A stretch of DNA of 64,000 bases from Octopus vulgaris (Eukaryota). How positions within the stretch are numbered: position 1 is the first letter of the stretch; every line of letters begins with the position of its first letter. Position numbers and translations under genes: made by a program. The notes beneath the pieces were generated by a model. That model worked only from the letters and a program-made list of their open reading frames with translations, searched no databases and was not told the origin of the DNA. Shown piece after piece: positions 1 to 12,788 of this stretch. The stretch is taken from contig OX597825.1 in NCBI GenBank assembly GCA_951406725.2, positions 36,952,001-37,016,000 of the forward strand, written 5' to 3'.

Positions 1-129
1 CATTACGCTTTTTCTGCAAATCGTGAATACATAAAGATTTAAAAATATCCTCGTCTGTTGGTATCCCTTTTCTTCGTGGAACCATCGTAATTGTCAAATT
101 AATAATTATGATAAAGGAAAAATCTCAGC

Positions 130-131
130 TG

Positions 132-201
<70 letters not shown>

Positions 202-212
202 TGATGATGATG

Positions 213-269
<57 letters not shown>

Positions 270-277
270 TATTATTG

Positions 278-336
<59 letters not shown>
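130..336. repeat. (TAA)n/(TGA)n microsatellite
   Basis: Direct reading; similar arrays at 1412-1545, 10604-10670, 12180-12405, 19700-19775, 29918-29990. Confidence 0.97.
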
Positions 337-337
<1 letters not shown>

Positions 338-840
338 CTGCCCTGATGCAATACCAGACAGTGGCTCCCGTGGCTTCTGATCTTAACTGATTGGAAGTGT
401 TATCATGTACGTTGTTTTGTCTTGGCATAAAAAATAGGCTACAGCAAATATTCTGCTCACTACCACAGATTTGCTTGTCGGTTGTTGACCGTAACTATTT
501 GAGCATGTCCCTTAGTGGCTGACAATATGTGCATCTCTGATCACGAGCAGAAGTAGTGGGGGAGCATCAAATGTGTGTTTCGTTCAACATCCTTAAACAA
601 TCCTTATTCAGGGACCTTTTGAGCGGGATGGACTACTCGACTTGAATAAAATTGTAACTGGGCTCCACCTGCAAGGTCATGTGCTGTTTATCTTGATATG
701 AGATCACCATGTCGCGCAGATATGGTTGTGATGCATGTGCCTGGTGTACCCTTATCAGACAGGTAGTCATGATGGGTATATTGGGCTTCGTATATTTTAC
801 CCCAGTGTCACTTTGATGGCATGAACTCCTCTCTCACTCA
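337..840. mobile_element. ~500 bp non-coding interspersed repeat embedded in (TAA)n, copy 1 of a tandem pair
   Basis: Near-identical to 909-1412. A partial copy lies at ~7590-7817. Flanked by TAA arrays. Confidence 0.75.
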
Positions 841-874
841 ATGATAATAATAATAAAAATATTATTATTATTAT

Positions 875-908
<34 letters not shown>

Positions 909-909
<1 letters not shown>

Positions 910-1411
910 CTGCCCTGATGCAATACCAGACAGTGGCTCCCGTGGCTTCTGATCTTAACTGATTGGAAGTGTTATCATGTACGTTGTTTTGTCTTGGCAT
1001 AAAAAATAGGCTACAGCAAATATTCTGCTCACTACCACAGATTTGCTTGTCGGTTGTTGACCTTAACTATTTGAGCATGTCCCTTAGTGGCTGACAATAT
1101 GTGCATCTCTGATCACGAGCAGAAGAAGTGGGGGAGCATCAAATGTGTGTTTCGTTCAACATCCTTAAACAATCCTTATTCAGGGACCTTTTGAGCGGGA
1201 TGGGCTACTCGACTTGAATAAAATTTTAACTGGGCCTCTCCTGCAAGGTCACGTGCTGTTTATCTTGATATGAGATCACCATGTCGCGCAGATATGGTTG
1301 TGATGCATGTGCCTGGTGTACCCTTATCAGACAGGTAGTCATGATGGGTATATTGGGCTTCGTATATTTTACCCCAGTGTCACTTTGATGGCATGCACTG
1401 CTCTCTCACTC

Positions 1412-1412
<1 letters not shown>
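909..1412. mobile_element. ~500 bp non-coding interspersed repeat, copy 2 of the tandem pair
   Basis: 572 bp offset from copy 1, few substitutions, followed by (TAA)n/(CAA)n. Confidence 0.75.
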
Positions 1413-1461
<49 letters not shown>

Positions 1462-1494
1462 TAATAATGATAATAATGATAACACCACCACCAC

Positions 1495-1526
<32 letters not shown>

Positions 1527-1542
1527 ATAATAATAATAATAA

Positions 1543-1760
1543 TCAAAGACAACAGTTATTCCTGTAGTGAGTGGTGCACTTAGCACAACATAGAAAATCT
1601 CACCTAAAAGATTGAAAGAGACTTAAAGTGAAACTCGCATTGTCGACCTCCAGAAAAATACCATTCTATATTCTGTATGAATGCTAAGAAAGATTTTTGA
1701 AATCTGAGAAGACTTGTTGCCATCAGATATCAGAATGAAATACCTGTTCACTGAAATAAT
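1543..1760 (+). mobile_element. R4/Dong-clade LINE, extreme C-terminal fragment
   Basis: Translates KTTVIPVVSGALSTT..VDLQKNTILYS..LRKIFEI*, the end of an RLE-type ORF. Confidence 0.6.
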
Positions 1761-2022
1761 GTATAGTTAAAATGCCGAGAGAGAACTGACAAGAGTTTTA
1801 TAACCGAAATGGTGCATAGCCTCCGATCACAAACAAGAGTATTCCTAAAAACAGCCGAGATCAAGGATTCTTATAAGCTTGTATTGGCGCAAAAACTAAA
1901 ATAGTTTCCTTATTTGTAAGTGATTATCAAACCGACGCTAAATACGATTGGTTGCAAAATACACGAGCAGACGTGATGTTCAGGGATGTAACATAGGTAA
2001 TGTCAATTGTAAGCGAGTTTAA

Positions 2023-2548
2023 CCCCTTGACGCCGGTATTACCCGAAGCATGCGAGACACTGCTCCGGTTTCTTTTTTACCTAATGAGGCAACACAAACA
2101 CACAAGTGTCAACGAGCTCGCGTCTATTCACTTTCACCGTTACAATAACATAGCGTCGTATATTTACGTCTACCGGTTTATGAAAACGGACCATGTGAAA
2201 CTATTTATCATAATTTGATATGCACGAGTTATTTCCGCTCAAGTTAAAAAAGTAGCTTGCGTGTGGTACAACTCAAAACATGGTATTATGCATGTAAAGT
2301 ATCCGCACATCATTGGTCTACTGCTAGTCACATGACTTGAACGTATCCTAAAATAGCTAAGATAATGCACGGGACGGCGAGCAGGCGCACCTCAAGAGAT
2401 AAAATACACGATAGCGAACGTAAACATACGTCACCCGCTAAAAAGTCCGTGATAGATGTAAGGCAGCTCTACATTATATATTTCACGTTAACCGCGAGTA
2501 GGCAAGCAAAAGCGTGATCGCATATTTGCGTCAACCGTTGTCAAGGGG
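2023..2548. mobile_element. piggyBac-type non-autonomous element (MITE)
   Basis: TTAA at 2019-2022 and 2549-2552. Terminal inverted repeats CCCCTTGACGCCGGT / ACCGTTGTCAAGGGG (13/15 match). Confidence 0.85.
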
Positions 2549-3161
2549 TTAACTGCAGACAAGGATGCTGAAAGCTCAAATCTGCTACCTGCTACACATA
2601 GATACATGCATGCATACATACATACATACATACATACATACATACATACATACATACATACATACATACAAACATACATTCATACATACATACATACAAA
2701 TTGACAAACAGAAAGACATATACACATATACTCACGTGGATTCTCAAGCATGTTCAATCACACACATACATATATGTATATGCTTATGTGTGCATATTTG
2801 TTTGTATGTTATGATCATACATGTGTTTTCTGTAGAAGTCGGAAAGCGGAAGGATTGATAAATAGGAACAAGAAGTTATGGAGGTTATCTTTTTCCCCCA
2901 AGAACTTTTACAGTGAAAAGAAAGTGCAACGGAAATTTGTCCATTGATGTAAATCGAAACTATGCCACGAGGAGTGAATTCCTTTTGAACTTAACCAGCA
3001 CTTTTTTCTCTTTCTCCCTTTATTTTTTTACATAGATCTTTTCTACACATCACATCTAAAGAAAGAACTTTTTCGTTAATGTAGCCCTACATACACAAAG
3101 AATGAAATGCTGAAATTCTTTTAAAGTTAGGTCTGACCACCGAAACAACAATAGCAACAGT

Positions 3162-3360
3162 GGAGGCGCAGTGGCCCAGTGGTTAGGGCAGAGGACTTGC
3201 GGTCGTAAGAACGCGGTTTCAATTCCCAGACCAGGCATTGTGAGTGTTTATTGAGCAAAAACAACTAAACTCCACGATGCTCCGGCGGGGGTGGGGGTGT
3301 TTGGTGCACCATGCTGTACTCTTTCACCACAACTTTCTCTCACTCTTTCTTCCTAGTTCT
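3162..3360 (+). mobile_element. tRNA-derived SINE (family A)
   Basis: A box TGGCCCAGTGG, B box GGTTTCAATTCC; body homologous to 27143-27425. Confidence 0.8.
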
Positions 3361-4248
3361 GCCACAAAGCAGAGGAACAATGGTGTAACCCACTATGGTA
3401 TGGTAAACTAGTCTAGATTGCGAATCCTCTGTACCCCAGGATAACAACGTAGCTTTCGCGCCCGTTCAACCGCCAGTCTATCGCGTGTGGTGGGTGGATC
3501 TTCAAGTTGCCTCACAGTTTCTTAGTAGCTTAGAGTAGGCTCAAATTAGAGATTATTCTTTGTGGCTAATGGCGTGAGTCTTGACTGGAAGAAGAAGACA
3601 ACAGCAGTAGCAGCAGCAACAACAACAACTACAACAAGAAAAACAACAACGACGACGACGACGACGAAGATAAATATGAGATAGATACGACCGGAATGCG
3701 TTTGAACATGAGTCTGTTCAATTAGGGCTAACACGGGCGAAACAACAGTTACAACAATGACGAGCGTAGTGGAGGCAGGAGCAGGGCTGCAACAACTGTT
3801 ATAATAAAAGAATAGCAACAATGGCAAAACAACAGCAAGCAACTCGCTTCATATTTAATGCATGAAGACAAAAACGAAATTGTTTTACGTGAATCTCTTC
3901 TCTACTTCCGGAAATTGCTATGAAAAGAAGACAATGAATTAGAATACATAGTTTTGATAATGGTAATACTGGTAGAGTCATAGTCAATAGATTTAGATTC
4001 ATAACTCGAATATGTTCTGGTAAACATGAAAGGAAGATATGATTAAAAAATCCCATCAATCCCCCCCGCCCACCAAAAAGAAAAAAAAGGCTAAACAAAA
4101 ACAGAACGAAGAAATGCAAGATCAAAAAATAAAACAAGAAACAAAGCAAAACAAAAAAAAACATCCGCTTCTTTGCAATAAAGCATCGTAGCATGAGGGT
4201 TGAATTGATATTCATTATGAATATATACATAAATATATATTTATAATA

Positions 4249-4329
<81 letters not shown>

Positions 4330-4997
4330 ATGTACACACACATATATCGTTGCCATTAGGTAAAAGTGTCGTAAGTCCAAAGCGATTTTCAGTAAAAGAA
4401 AAAATAGCTTCACCATTCCATAACAAAACCACTTTAATACAATTTGGCAAATTTTGATATCTTGGCATCTGAAGCAGCTGGAGATACGATAGTTTGACCA
4501 AAAGAACTGGCTATTTCCAGCAAAAATAAATATTGCAAAAAAAAAAATGCATTTGACCAAATTTGGACATACGACAGTTTAATATAATACCAACGTTATA
4601 TACTTCTAATGTGTGGCTCATAAAACATTTTTAACGCTTGGGTGGTGAATTGACGGAACCTTAGAAATATCTTACCGGATACCTTGTGTTGTTTGTTCTA
4701 CCCCTTGCGTTCTGCCTCAGCGTTCAAACCCTGCTATGGCCTACTTAGGTAGCAGACTCAGTCGATCAACTGGTTTAATACTCGAGGGGTCAGGTGCTGA
4801 CATTAGAAGTATAAGTCTTACTACTTAAATAAGGTCTAAATGCTAGCGTTGGTCTGGTCTCTGGTTTGAGGATACCTTCCTTGCCCCCACCAGCCTCGGA
4901 GGGCCTGTGATGTTCCATAAGCACTGGCTGCTCGCCTGGCTAAAATACAACATCAACACCAGCAGCAACAACAACAACAACTTCTAATTATAGTAAT

Positions 4998-5212
4998 CTT
5001 TCCTACTATAGCCACAAGGCCTGGAATTTTGGGGGAGGGTGATAGTCAATTACGTCAACCCCAGTGCGTAACTAGTACTTATTTTATTGAGCCTGAATGG
5101 ATGAAAGGCGAAGTTGATTTGGGTGGAATTTGGACTCAGAATGTAAAGACAGACAAAATACCGCTTAGCATTTTTGCCCGGGGTGCTAATGATTCTGTCA
5201 GCTCGCCGCCTG
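4998..5212 (-). mobile_element. tRNA-derived SINE (family B, Nin/Deu-domain-like core)
   Basis: Minus strand begins GGCGGCGAGCTGACAGAATC.. with core GCCTTTCATCC..ATAAAATAAGTAC. Homologous copies at ~5325-5440, 7905-8033+9521-9553, 9605-9798, 12410-12618, 41655-41845. Confidence 0.8.
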
Positions 5213-6199
5213 AATAACAACAACAACAACAACAGCAGCAGCAGCAGCAACAACAGCAACAATAACAGCAATAACAACAACAACAACAACAACAACAACA
5301 ATAATAATAATAATGATAACAACACTGGTACTTAATTTATCGGCCCCGAAGGAATGAAAGGCAAAGTCGACCTCAGCGGAATTTGAAGTCAGAATGTAAA
5401 GACAGGTGAAATGCTGCAAGACGTGCTAACGATTCTACCAGAGAAGTTGATCACTTCAGGTGTCGTGAGATTGGTTCCAGTGACCACCTTCCACAGAGTT
5501 TTTGTTATCCATTTCTCTTTACAAAGCTTATGGTCCACTCGAGACTACAATAAAAGACATTTGTGCAAGGTGCCACAGAATAGATCGAACCCGGAATGAG
5601 TAAGATGCGAAACAATGCTTCTTATGCACACAGTCTTCCTTGCGACTAACCTTTTAACCAGAGTGCTATGTCTGATACAATGCTTGAAAACATTCAATGC
5701 CAACAACATTTATTTAAGTTTTGTAATAATATAGAGCAAGTATAACCCTCATACATAGTCTGTCCCTAGCTCTTTAATAGTTTTAAAAGTGTTATTGAGA
5801 TAACCAACAATGTTACAGAATTTTCTAAAAATCAAAGCTAATCTAATATGTTGTCCGACTACGATATAATGTCAAAAAGAGGCTATAAAATAAGTTACAA
5901 GCAGACATCAAACAATCAGGCAATATCAACGGAGTTTATATTATTAATCCTTTCATCACCACCCAATGGACTCGGTACGAAGAAGTTATCACTGACAAAA
6001 CAAGAAATATGTATCAAATATACACACACACACTCTCTCTTTCTGTCTATCCCCTTCTATCTATCCGTCTCTCTCTCTCTTCCCCCCTCCCTCTCTCACA
6101 AACACAGAGTCACAAACGTAATTATAAGCAACATAAGCCTACGCTACGAGTAAAGCAATCGCCAATGCTCTCTTTGTGCAAGCGATAAAAACTTGCTTC

Positions 6200-6347
6200 T
6201 GCCTCTGGTAGTGGTGAAGGTGGTAGTGGTAGTGCTGCCACCACCACAACCACCACCACAACCATACTCCTCCTCTTCATCCTTCACCTCCTCCTCCTCC
6301 TCCTCCTCCTCCTCCTCCTACTACTACTGCTACTACTACTGCTGCTG

Positions 6348-6425
<78 letters not shown>
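6200..6425. repeat. Compound trinucleotide microsatellite (GGT/CCA/TCC/TAC)
   Basis: Direct reading. Confidence 0.95.
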
Positions 6426-6426
<1 letters not shown>

Positions 6427-6545
6427 ACACGTTTATTTATGCATAAACATGTATACACACATGTATACGTATGCATACATATATATACGCATAAACACGG
6501 CCACAGGCAAATGACTGAAACAAGTAAAAGAGTAAAAGAGTGTAA

Positions 6546-6578
<33 letters not shown>

Positions 6579-7055
6579 AATATATATATATATGTATATA
6601 CACACACATACATGCACATATATATAGTGTAAGTACAATGAACAATAAAAAAGATAGACTGCACAACGGGGACAGTGTTTAGCAAATACGGTGTTAACTT
6701 AACGTTTTAATGGAAATGGATTCGACCTCGGAACTTCAACTTTGAACTCTTCATTGGATTACCGCCCAGACTACTTTGGATATATATTTTTACTACACAC
6801 ACGCGCGCGAACACACACACATGCACACATGCACGCATGCACGAATATATGCGATTATAATTTTTCGTAAATAATCGTTAAAGATGAAAAACCTTTGAAT
6901 AACATGTACATTACGTTTCGATCGATTTTTGATCTGCAAATTTCCTACAAAGATCTTATTCCAATTCATTCTATGTGGGTTGATTTAAACTACCCCACTC
7001 CGATAAAATAAAAAACAAACAAACAAAAAAAAATCCAAAACTAAGATCGACTCAC

Positions 7056-7094
7056 AAACACAGTTTGAAGTGCTCGATGTCTATCTCCTTCCAT
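7056..7094 (-). CDS. Possible first coding exon segment of a host gene (MEGDRHRALQTVF)
   Basis: Non-repetitive sequence, GCCATGG Kozak context, GTGAGT donor at 7055-7050, upstream acceptors ttttcag (7172) or ttttgttttcatatag (~7195). No homology recognised. Confidence 0.25.
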
Positions 7095-7589
7095 GGCAAC
7101 TGACAAAACACTGGCGACATATTGAATCACGTGTTATGCCTTCTTCATTCTCGAATTGCCACGAATGTTCACTGAAAATCACTGTCCAAATTCCTATATG
7201 AAAACAAAATAACGTTATACAGAAGTGACCCCAAGCAAGATATACATACATACATACATACATACATACATACATACATACATACATGAAAATAATATGT
7301 TCTGCTGCGGAAATCAGCCGCCCTCTGTACACCAATGTGGTTAAAAAATACAGGAGAAAAGATATCTTTGGGCCATTGATAAGGAGTTAGTAAATCCGGT
7401 ACTCAAAGTGCACTTTCGACTTCATACCTATTATTATTGGAGCAACGTCCGGAGCAAAGTATGCCTGAAATTAGATTCCTGAGGGTGAAAAAATATGCAG
7501 CCAGATCTTTGAAATATTCAAGTCATGAGATAATGCATAATTAATTCAAAACAATATAAATAAATAAGCGTTAAACAACCTTTATACTG

Positions 7590-7813
7590 GGAATTTTTGA
7601 GCGGGAGGGGATACTTGACCTGAAGAAAACTCTGACTTGGTCCTACCTGCAATGTCATGCGCTGTTTATCTTGATATGAGGTCACCATTATGCGCACATA
7701 TGGTTGTGATGCATGTGCCTGGTGTACCCTTATCAGACAGATAGTCATGATGGGTATACTGGCTTTCGTATATTTGTACCCCAGAGTCTCTTTAATGGCA
7801 TGCACCGCTCTCT

Positions 7814-7817
<4 letters not shown>
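7590..7817. mobile_element. Truncated copy of the 337/909 repeat
   Basis: Shares the right-hand ~230 bp (..gcatgtgcctggtgtacccttatcagac..ctctctcact), followed by (ACT)n/(AAT)n. Confidence 0.75.
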
Positions 7818-7875
<58 letters not shown>

Positions 7876-8033
7876 ATAATAATAATAATAATAGTAATAA
7901 AAATTTTGGCACAAGGCCAGCAATTTCTGGTACATACTGACTCCGAGAGGATGAAAGGCAAAGTCAGTTTCGGCGGCAATTGAACACAGAACGTGAAGAT
8001 GGACAAAATCTCGTCAGGCATTTTACTCGGCAT

Positions 8034-9520
8034 TAGGGTGAAGCAAAAAATGTAACTTTCGAAATTGGTAACCAAGATTCGAATTGTTGCGAATTAGAAT
8101 TAAAAGAAAGGTGAATTAAAAGAACTTGGCGGTTTTTTACGTTCCGCAAATGAAAATTTTTAAAATCGTTATTTTTTGTGGAATTATGGATTTCATGGAT
8201 TATAAGCCGTAACAAATGCATATTTCTACATAGCAGAATGCAAAACAGTAAATATAATATCCTTAAGAGGCTGCATATCTAGTTTCAATATCTTGAGGTT
8301 CCGCATTGACTATAAAGAGAACTTTGCGTGTGGACGTACGTGATACGTGTGTGAAGTTTTCTGCTTTATACCTTGACTAAAGGCCAGTGTATTAAAATTA
8401 ATGACCGCGTTAAATTTAGTGTTGTTTACATTTAGTGATGACTCATAAGCCAATAACATGTAATGATACTGAACACCCAATATTTGGTGCTCCATGTGAT
8501 CTTAGCGTGAGAGTTTTGCCAACTTACAATGACGTACAAAAATGTGTTTTATTTGAACGAAAAAAGAAAAGAATGTAAAGAAAGATCCTTCAATTAAACA
8601 AATTGTCAAGATTGTAGCAGAAAATATCATTCTTCTTTACCAAAAGGTATCCATCCCTTGTGTTACGACTGAGTCATTTAAACCAACAATCTTAAACTTT
8701 TATCTAAAGTACCAAGCATTACTAAAATCTGTGAAAAATAGAAAAAATATGCCATCATTTCAAACAAAGTGTTATGTGTTTAAAAACAATGCAACAAATG
8801 ATTTATTTAACATTTCCTGTTGGAAGTGCAACTCCCTTAAAAAATATAGTTGCAGTAGAGACAAAAAGTACCACAGGGAGAAGATCTTTTACCGGACATA
8901 TCGAAAAATGATCATTGGCGGAATAGATCCAGCAGAACGTTCATCACAGTCGCCCTTCTACGTCAGCAAAGGAAAGATTAAGATTTTCGGATTAACTGAC
9001 TCAATCGTAACACAAGGGACGGATGTCTTTTGCCAAAGAAGAATTAACTTTTCTGCCACAATATTGACAATTTGTTTAATTTATTTTAATGTGTGTATAA
9101 TCTAGACCTCATGTAACACATATATATTAGATGGCCTAGTATTAGAAATAATAAAGAAAACGAAGTCGAAAAGTCTATTTTTTCACATAATTTCGAAATT
9201 TCAATTTCAGTGCGAAACCTAAAGATATAAATTTTAGAGCTTGGAGATTTTAACACTTTTGTTTTTAAACATTTTAGCAGAAGAAAATCAATGAATGTAA
9301 CAATGTATGTAAAATATAGAATGAGGAATGTCAAAGTGTTATAAATTGATTTTTCGTTCATTATTCAAAATTCCAAGGGGGGCTGCGGAGCCTGAAATTG
9401 TAAATTTAAGAACTTCAGATTTTAATACAGTTATTTCTAAAACGTTTTGCAATAAATAATATATTCTTAAATACATATTTCGAAAATTTGTGTAAAAAGT
9501 ACCTTTTTCGCTTCACCTTA
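8034..9520. mobile_element. hAT-superfamily DNA transposon (non-autonomous or decayed) inserted into a SINE
   Basis: TIRs TAGGGTGAAGCAAAAAATGTAACT / AGTACCTTTTTCGCTTCACCTTA. 8-bp TSD CTCGGCAT (8026-8033) / CTCGACAT (9521-9528). SINE B sequence resumes after it. Confidence 0.85.
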
Positions 9521-9557
9521 CTCGACATTCTAACGATTTTGTCAGCTCGCCTTCATC

Positions 9558-9604
<47 letters not shown>

Positions 9605-9798
9605 AAGGCTTGACATTTTGCGAGATGGGATTAGTCGATTACATTGACACCAGTACTTCACTGGTACTTAATTTATCGATCCCGAAAGGAGGAAAGGAAA
9701 AGTCGATCTCGGAGAAATTTGAAATCAGAACGTAGCGACAGGCGAAATACTGCTAAGCATTTCGATGGCGTGCGAACGTTTCTGTCAGCTCGCCGTCT
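9605..9798 (-). mobile_element. SINE family B copy
   Basis: Homologous to 4998-5212. Confidence 0.8.
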
Positions 9799-9854
9799 TA
9801 ACAATAATAATAATAAGCGTCTATGATGTATTGGCTAAAGAAAATAGTCTAACA

Positions 9855-10601
9855 GAGACTTAAGGATTTTTAATTGCAGCACAAGACCAAAGCCAGAAAT
9901 TACCAAAAACATATAATGAAAAGAAACATAACAAGTAACTGCAGAATATGTGGAGATGGACAAGAAACAAGAAATCATATTATCTCTGGCTGCCCAGTCC
10001 TGGCTAAGAATGAATATATTCACAGACACAACAGAGTTGGGACCTACATACACTGGAAGCTATGCCAACATTATGGAATAACAACAGAAAAAGATGGTAT
10101 ACGCACACACCAGAAAAGGTCACAGAAAACGAGAAAGCAACCATACTCTGGGATATGCCAATACACACAGATAGAGAAATTAAGGCCAATAGGCCAGATA
10201 TAGTTGTCAGAGATCACGAAGAAAAATTGCTTTTTAATTCATATATCAATACCAGCAGATGACAACGTTTCTCTAAAAGAAATGGAGAAACTTTCAAAAT
10301 ACAAAGACCTGGAAATAGAGGTAACTCGAATGTGGAATCTAAAAACAGAAACAATTCCTCTCATAGTAGGCGCATTAAGGTATGATAAAAAAATATTCAG
10401 ACAAATACATAACAAAAACACCAGTACTTACAAATATATACAACATACATAAAATTGCACTACTGGGCACTGCACACATCCTACGCAAAACACTTTCAAT
10501 ACAGTAACCATAAGAGCATCACAGCAAACCACAGCACATACGCAAGGCACACAGAGCTGCGCTCGGTACTGAAGTGAAAGTACGCTATAAAAATAAAACT
10601 A

Positions 10602-10652
<51 letters not shown>

Positions 10653-10670
10653 TAATAATAATAATAATAA
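9855..10670 (+). mobile_element. R4/Dong-clade LINE 3' fragment (CCHC knuckle + restriction-like endonuclease), (TAA)n tail
   Basis: GFLIAAQDQ, CRICGDGQETRNHIISGC, RHNRV, ILWDMPIHTDREIKANRPDIVV, EKLSKYKDL, IPLIVGAL; frameshifted. Confidence 0.9.
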
Positions 10671-11091
10671 AGGTGATAATGATGATGGTGATAAAAGAAA
10701 AACTGTAGTTTGCTTGTTTGCTATGTTTGCTAGTTTAGGCTTAGTATTGATAAATTTCTGATTAAAGGGAAGTAATTAGATTATTCTGAGTCATTGTGCT
10801 TACGCATGCATGTGTGTGTGTGTGTGTGTGTGTGCATGGTATACAAATATGTTATATTATTTAGTCCTTTTAATCTGTCACACCACCTATGCAGTACATT
10901 TATTTCCTGTAGCTAAAACACTCTCAACCGATAGATTGCAAGGTTGATAACAGTATTAATAATATATTTGTACACCTCGCATATTTCCAATGAGTAAAAC
11001 TCGACTAGCGTCAACTGCGCGAAAACTTTACGTAGGAGGAAATAATCAGATTGATTGAAGGCCAGTTATATATATATATATATATATATAT

Positions 11092-12139
11092 ATGCTCGTT
11101 GCTTGGTTTTTCTTGGAGGGCTGGCCGTGATCTAGTAATCTCAAGATTAATCAGCCGAAATTACTACGATGATCCGGTTCTTGACTGAAGACTGAGGGTT
11201 TCGAATGTCCTGTCCGTGTTTATTGTGTCGTCTTCTAAGAGTTATACGTTCTTGTCCATGTTGTATTTTTCTACATACCTTAACATATATTCCAGGCGCC
11301 CCGTACCCCCCTTAACATTTATGTGAGCACATATTCTTAATAATTGGTACGACTCTCTGTTTGTCTCTCTCTCTCTCTCATTTTTACTTGATCTGTCCCC
11401 CTCTCTCTCTTTTCTCTCTACTCATCCTCTTTTTCTCTTCTCTTTCCTCTGATTCTTTGGTCTAGTCTTCCACTACCCTCCTATTTCTTTGTCTCGCTCT
11501 GCACTCACAGGTCATTCTTCGACACCCATCCCTTCTCCTCTCTGATTCCTTCTTTCTCTCTCTTCTCTCTCTTTGTTGCGTTTGTCCCTCCTCTCTCTCT
11601 CTCCTCTCTCTCTCTCTCCTTTGCTTCTCTTTCTTTTCTTTTCCCTCTTCTCTGTCACGTGACTGTTGGCCGAAATCTGCCTTTCAGCTTCTGACCCTCG
11701 TCGTGTTAACATCGCTGTTTTCGTCCGCCACTATAAAGGCTTTTTCCATTGCGCCAGAGAAAAAATTTGTTTGCTTGTTATCAGTCGTAAGACACTGTTG
11801 TTTTCACCGTTAATGCTTCTGTATTTCATGTTTCTGTATTCCATTATTGTTTTTTGTTTTTTTATATCTGTCCCTTTTGCTGTCCTGGTGTTCGTATGCA
11901 TTCGATCCTTCTTCCAGGAAATCTACGCTTCCAGCTTAGTTTTTCTAATGCTCGTTGCTTGGTTTTTCTTGGAGGGCTGGCCGTGATCTAGTAATCTCAA
12001 GATTAATCAGCCGAAATTACTACGATGATCCGGTTCTTGACTGAAGACTGAGGGTTTCGAATGTCCTGTCCGTGTTTATTGTGTCGTCTTCTAAGAGTTA
12101 TACGTTCTTGTCCATGTTGTATTTTTCTACATACCTTAA
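11092..12139. mobile_element. 1.05 kb non-coding element with 192-bp direct terminal repeats in a (TA)n site
   Basis: 11092-11283 and 11948-12139 appear identical by eye. The interior is CT-rich with no credible ORF. Confidence 0.7.
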
Positions 12140-12196
12140 TATATATATATACACACACACAAATACACACATATGAATATAATAATAATAATTATG

Positions 12197-12272
<76 letters not shown>

Positions 12273-12304
12273 TGATGATGATGATGATGATAATAATAAT
12301 AATG

Positions 12305-12392
<88 letters not shown>

Positions 12393-12409
12393 TAATAATA
12401 ATAAGCCTT

Positions 12410-12618
12410 TCTTTTATAGGCACATGGCTTGAAATTTTGCGAGATGGGGAAAGTCGATCACATTGACGCCAGTACTTCACTGGTACTTAATTTATCGACC
12501 CCGAAAGGATGAAAGGAAAAGTCGACCTTCGGGAAATTTGAAATCAGAACGTAGCGAGGGCGAAATACCACCAAGCATTTCGCCTGGCGTGTTAACATTT
12601 CTAGCAGCTCGCCGTCTT
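12410..12618 (-). mobile_element. SINE family B copy
   Basis: Homologous to 4998-5212 and 9605-9798. Confidence 0.8.
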
Positions 12619-12714
12619 AACAATAATAATAATAAACGTCCACCATGTATTGGCTAAAGAAAATAGTCTAATATTTGGGTATAGAAGCCCTCGACAGAGA
12701 ATAAAAAGTGGGCT

Positions 12715-12788
12715 TTAGTTCCCGAAGGAATCGAACCCACATCTCTTATATTCGCGGTAAGCGTGCTACCGATTAAGCCAACCTACCA
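12715..12788 (-). pseudogene. tRNA-like sequence (tRNA pseudogene or SINE head)
   Basis: Minus strand GGTAGGTTGGCTTAATCGGTAGCAC..GGGTTCGATTCC has A and B boxes, but the acceptor stem does not pair. Confidence 0.5.

Noticed and set aside
99-428. Poly-Y/L/I ORFs, and the many similar YI/HT/CV/MYVC ORFs across the window
   Set aside because: Translations of microsatellites; no protein signal.
11110-11170. GGCTG..CAGCC-GAAA hairpin in the 192-bp repeat as a hammerhead
   Set aside because: The upstream bases (CTTGGAG) do not fit CUGANGA.
12715-12788. Functional tRNA gene
   Set aside because: Acceptor stem unpaired and anticodon arm irregular; kept only as tRNA-like.
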